From Desulfobacterales bacterium (GTDB lineage: Bacteria; Desulfobacterota; Desulfobulbia; Desulfobulbales; JAGXFP01): 64,000 nt of DNA. Below the pieces are notes generated by a model, which did not search any database, had not been told where the DNA came from, and was given only the letters and a program-made list of their open reading frames with translations. The stretch is taken from the NCBI GenBank assembly GCA_024637225.1, contig JAGXFP010000071.1:48784-112783 (forward strand). Reading direction: 5' to 3'. Position 1 is the stretch's first letter; each line of letters starts with the position of its first letter. Positions 61,722 through 64,000 of the stretch are shown here, in pieces. Both the position numbers and the translations under genes were made by a program.

Positions 61722-62840
61722 ATGAAACTTGAGATTTTCCCTTTATTGATATTGCTGGGTGCCATCTTTCCGCTCCATTCCTTCGGTTTTGACGAGGGGA
61801 GTTGCGTGGCGGGCGATTGCGTAAACGGCCAGGGCACCTGGGAGTTTCCCAACGGTTCCAAGTTCATCGGGGGCTGGCAGGAGGGGAAGAGGCACGGCAA
61901 GGTGATCTGGGTTTCGGTTGAGGGCAAAAAGGACGTGCGGGAGTACAAGAACGGGGTCCGGCAGGGAAAATGTTTCGAGGGTGACTGCGAGAACGGCACC
62001 GGCCTGATCGTCTATCTGGATCAATCGATGTACGCCGGCGAATTCAAGAACGGCCGAAGAGATGGCCAGGGGGTCTGGTCCCAACCCCGGGGCTCTAAAT
62101 ATGAAGGATCCTGGGAAGACGACCAGATTCAGGGCCATGGCACCCTGACCTATGCCAACGGCTCCAGATATGTCGGCGGGGTCGATAACGGTCGCCAGCA
62201 TGGCCGCGGTACCTATTCCTTTGCCGACGGCAGCAGTTATGAGGGCGAGTGGCGTTATGGCAAGCAGCAGGGCAACGGCCGGGGGGAGCTGGCCAATAAT
62301 GACGGCTCCAGATATGTCGGCGAGATAAAGGATGGGGTGCCAAACGGCCAGGGAACCTTTACCCATCCCGACGGCAGCCGCTATGTCGGGGAATGGCGGG
62401 AGGGGGTTTACCACGGCCGGGGGAAATACCGGTTTGCCGACGGCGGTAAATACGAGGGAGAATTCAAGGACGGCCTGTTCCACGGGCAGGGATTTCTGAC
62501 CGCCACCGGCGGCAGCACTTATCAGGGAGAACACAAAAACGGCAAGCCGGACGGAGCCGGGGTCTATCAATATGCCGACGGCGGCCGCTATGTCGGGGAA
62601 TACAGGGAAGGCAAATGCCATGGCTGGGGGACCTACACCTATCCCGAAGGCCGGGAGTACGTCGGGGAATGGCGGGACGGCAAGCCGGCCGGTTACGGCA
62701 CCTTGACCTATATCGACGGCAGCAAATATGTCGGCGAGTGGCAGGACGGCAAAAAACACGGGCAGGGGGCCATGGTTGAGGAAGGGGTCAGTGTCCTGGC
62801 CGGCATGTGGCTGGCGGGTGTTTATGTCGGAGTTCAATAG
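61722..62840 (+). CDS. secreted MORN-repeat protein (372 aa)
   Basis: Signal peptide, then at least 12 tandem Y.G.(W/F)..G...G.G units (for example RYVGEWREGVYHGRG). Two C..GDC.NG.G motifs occur near the N-terminus. Confidence 0.85.
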   Translation: MKLEIFPLLILLGAIFPLHSFGFDEGSCVAGDCVNGQGTWEFPNGSKFIGGWQEGKRHGKVIWVSVEGKKDVREYKNGVRQGKCFEGDCENGTGLIVYLDQSMYAGEFKNGRRDGQGVWSQPRGSKYEGSWEDDQIQGHGTLTYANGSRYVGGVDNGRQHGRGTYSFADGSSYEGEWRYGKQQGNGRGELANNDGSRYVGEIKDGVPNGQGTFTHPDGSRYVGEWREGVYHGRGKYRFADGGKYEGEFKDGLFHGQGFLTATGGSTYQGEHKNGKPDGAGVYQYADGGRYVGEYREGKCHGWGTYTYPEGREYVGEWRDGKPAGYGTLTYIDGSKYVGEWQDGKKHGQGAMVEEGVSVLAGMWLAGVYVGVQ

Positions 62841-62843
62841 TTT

Positions 62844-62970
62844 GATGGCGTCGCAAAAAGTCGCCAGCTCCTGCGTTGCTGCAAATTGTCTCGTCTTTGC
62901 AGCGTACTGAAGTACGCCTCATTCCTCGAAATTTACGCGCCTTGGATCTGACGATTTTTGCTTAGCCATC
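62844..62970 (+). mobile_element. 127-bp MITE-like element, copy C
   Basis: Near-identical to copy A (a handful of substitutions). It starts 3 nt after the MORN gene stop codon. Confidence 0.9.
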
Positions 62971-62972
62971 TC

Positions 62973-63045
62973 GAGGCTTTTTGCGATAGCGAAGCGAAGC
63001 AATTCAGGATCTTCGCTTCCCTCGCAATGGCTTGATTTTAGTTGT
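62973..63045. repeat. fragment of a family-2-like palindromic repeat
   Basis: GCGATAGCGAAGCGAAGCAATTCAGG / CTTCGCTTCCCTCGCAATGGC palindromic core without clear termini. Confidence 0.4.
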
Positions 63046-63164
63046 AGCGAGTGTCTCGTTGTTTAGTTCGTTCGCTGAACAAGCCCGGACGCTTTTTGCC
63101 ATGCGCAAAAGCCAGCCTGGGCTTTTCTTTTACGCAGATTTTTATCGAGGCTTATTGGTAATTT

Positions 63165-64000
63165 ATGGCACTGATTGATTTACAGGAAGTATCTCTCTCC
63201 TTTGGCGGGGCGCCGTTGTTTGATGGCATCACCATGCAGATTGAGGCCGGGGAGCGGCTCTGTCTGGTCGGGCGCAATGGCGAGGGCAAGTCGACGCTGA
63301 TGAAGCTGATTGCCGGGGAACTCGAAGCCGATGGCGGCCAGGTCTTCAGGCAGCAGGGTTTGACGGTCGCCCGTCTCCGCCAGGAGGTCCCCGATCATCT
63401 GACCGGCAGCGTTTACGATGTGGTGGCCGGCGGGATCGGCGAATTGCTCGGACTGCTGGCCAGACATCACAGCGTGGTCAGCCGGATGGCGGAGAGCGGC
63501 AACGACGCCTTGGTGGAAGAACTGGCCGCGGTGGAAGAGGAAATGGCCCACGCCGATGCCTGGCAGGCCCAACAGAGGATCGACACGGTCCTCTCCCGGC
63601 TGGAGCTTGACGGCGATCAGGAGTTTCCCTCGCTGTCCGGCGGCATGAAAAGGCGGGTTCTGTTGGCCCGGGCTCTGGTCAGCGATCCGGACCTGCTGCT
63701 TTTGGACGAGCCCACCAACCATCTCGATCTGGCGGCGATCTCCTGGCTGGAGGAATTCCTGCTCTCCTGCCGCTGCGCCCTGCTCTTTGTGACCCACGAC
63801 CGGGAACTGCTCAGGAAAATCGCCACCAGAATAATCGATCTTGACCGAGGCCGGGTTACGAGCTGGCCGGGAAATTATGAGACCTATCTGCGCCGCAAGG
63901 ATGAGGTGCTCGCCGAGGAGGTTGTCCATAACGCCAAGTTCGACAAGAAACTGGCCCAGGAAGAGGTCTGGATCCGCAAAGGGGTCAAGGCGCGCCGGAC
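63165..64000 (+). CDS. ABC-F family ATPase (Uup/YheS-like), 5' partial: runs off the window end
   Basis: My own translation from the ATG at 63165: MALIDLQEVSLSFGGAPLFDGITMQIEAGERLCLVGRNGEGKSTLMKLIAG..., with signature LSGGMKRRVLLARAL and Walker B LLLLDEPTNHLD. It is absent from the ORF track because no stop lies in the window. The listed 63180-63929 minus ORF is its shadow. Confidence 0.9.
   Translation, partial: MALIDLQEVSLSFGGAPLFDGITMQIEAGERLCLVGRNGEGKSTLMKLIAGELEADGGQVFRQQGLTVARLRQEVPDHLTGSVYDVVAGGIGELLGLLARHHSVVSRMAESGNDALVEELAAVEEEMAHADAWQAQQRIDTVLSRLELDGDQEFPSLSGGMKRRVLLARALVSDPDLLLLDEPTNHLDLAAISWLEEFLLSCRCALLFVTHDRELLRKIATRIIDLDRGRVTSWPGNYETYLRRKDEVLAEEVVHNAKFDKKLAQEEVWIRKGVKARR

Noticed and set aside
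61743-62837. 364-aa minus-strand ORF mirroring the MORN gene
   Set aside because: The plus-strand frame gives a signal peptide and regular MORN units. The minus frame is a repeat-driven open shadow frame with no start context.
60020-63165. Duplicated ssrA 3' end marking an island inserted at the tmRNA gene
   Set aside because: No copy of TTCGACTCCCGCCGCCTCCACCA or a long fragment of it was seen downstream, and no integrase gene is present.
63180-63929. 249-aa minus-strand ORF at the window end
   Set aside because: The plus strand encodes a textbook ABC-F ATPase (Walker A, signature, Walker B) starting at 63165. That ORF is missing from the track only because it has no in-window stop.

Overview
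This is a 64 kb chromosomal window from a GC-rich bacterium. Gene content suggests an anaerobic Desulfobacterota (deltaproteobacterial) lineage: an F-type atp operon starting at b'/b, a multihaem cytochrome, HD-GYP, and a tmRNA tag ending AHAVAA. That placement is inference only. About 70 percent is ordinary housekeeping. On the + strand: a CaCA antiporter, a frameshifted aldolase/SDR fusion, an M24 aminopeptidase, HD-GYP, rph-tgt-yajC, mnmA, mtaB-cinA-recA, alaS, atpF'FHAGDC and a gltD-like oxidoreductase. On the - strand: a U32 peptidase-family gene, and beyond 29 kb a block holding mutS-amidase, HIT, a phosphoesterase, yggU-divIVA-yggT and purL-yhaM-like-holB...ricT-metG. The accessory part is 44.9-62.8 kb. 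It starts with an AT-rich tract and an orphan secreted protein. Next comes a type IV pilus operon (fimT/gspH-like, pilW, pilV, pilX, pilY1, a pilE/pilA-like pilin, an orphan secreted ORF, and a pilB/gspE ATPase). Then follow smpB-ssrA (tmRNA), a secreted hexahaem c-type cytochrome and a secreted MORN-repeat protein. The most unusual object is the 2011-aa PilY1 homologue. Its vWA motifs are split by a roughly 520-aa Cys-rich insertion. It carries a CBM5/12-like segment and at least eight copies of a roughly 19-aa C-x10-C-x5-6-W module that I cannot assign to a named family. Intergenic DNA is colonised by MITE-like palindromic repeats sharing termini like GATGGCGTCGCAAAAAGTC. These include three near-identical 127-bp copies, and many abut stop codons or bracket genes. 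No rRNA, tRNA, CRISPR array, transposase or integrase was seen. Many long ORFs in the supplied track are antisense shadow ORFs typical of GC-rich DNA and were not called.
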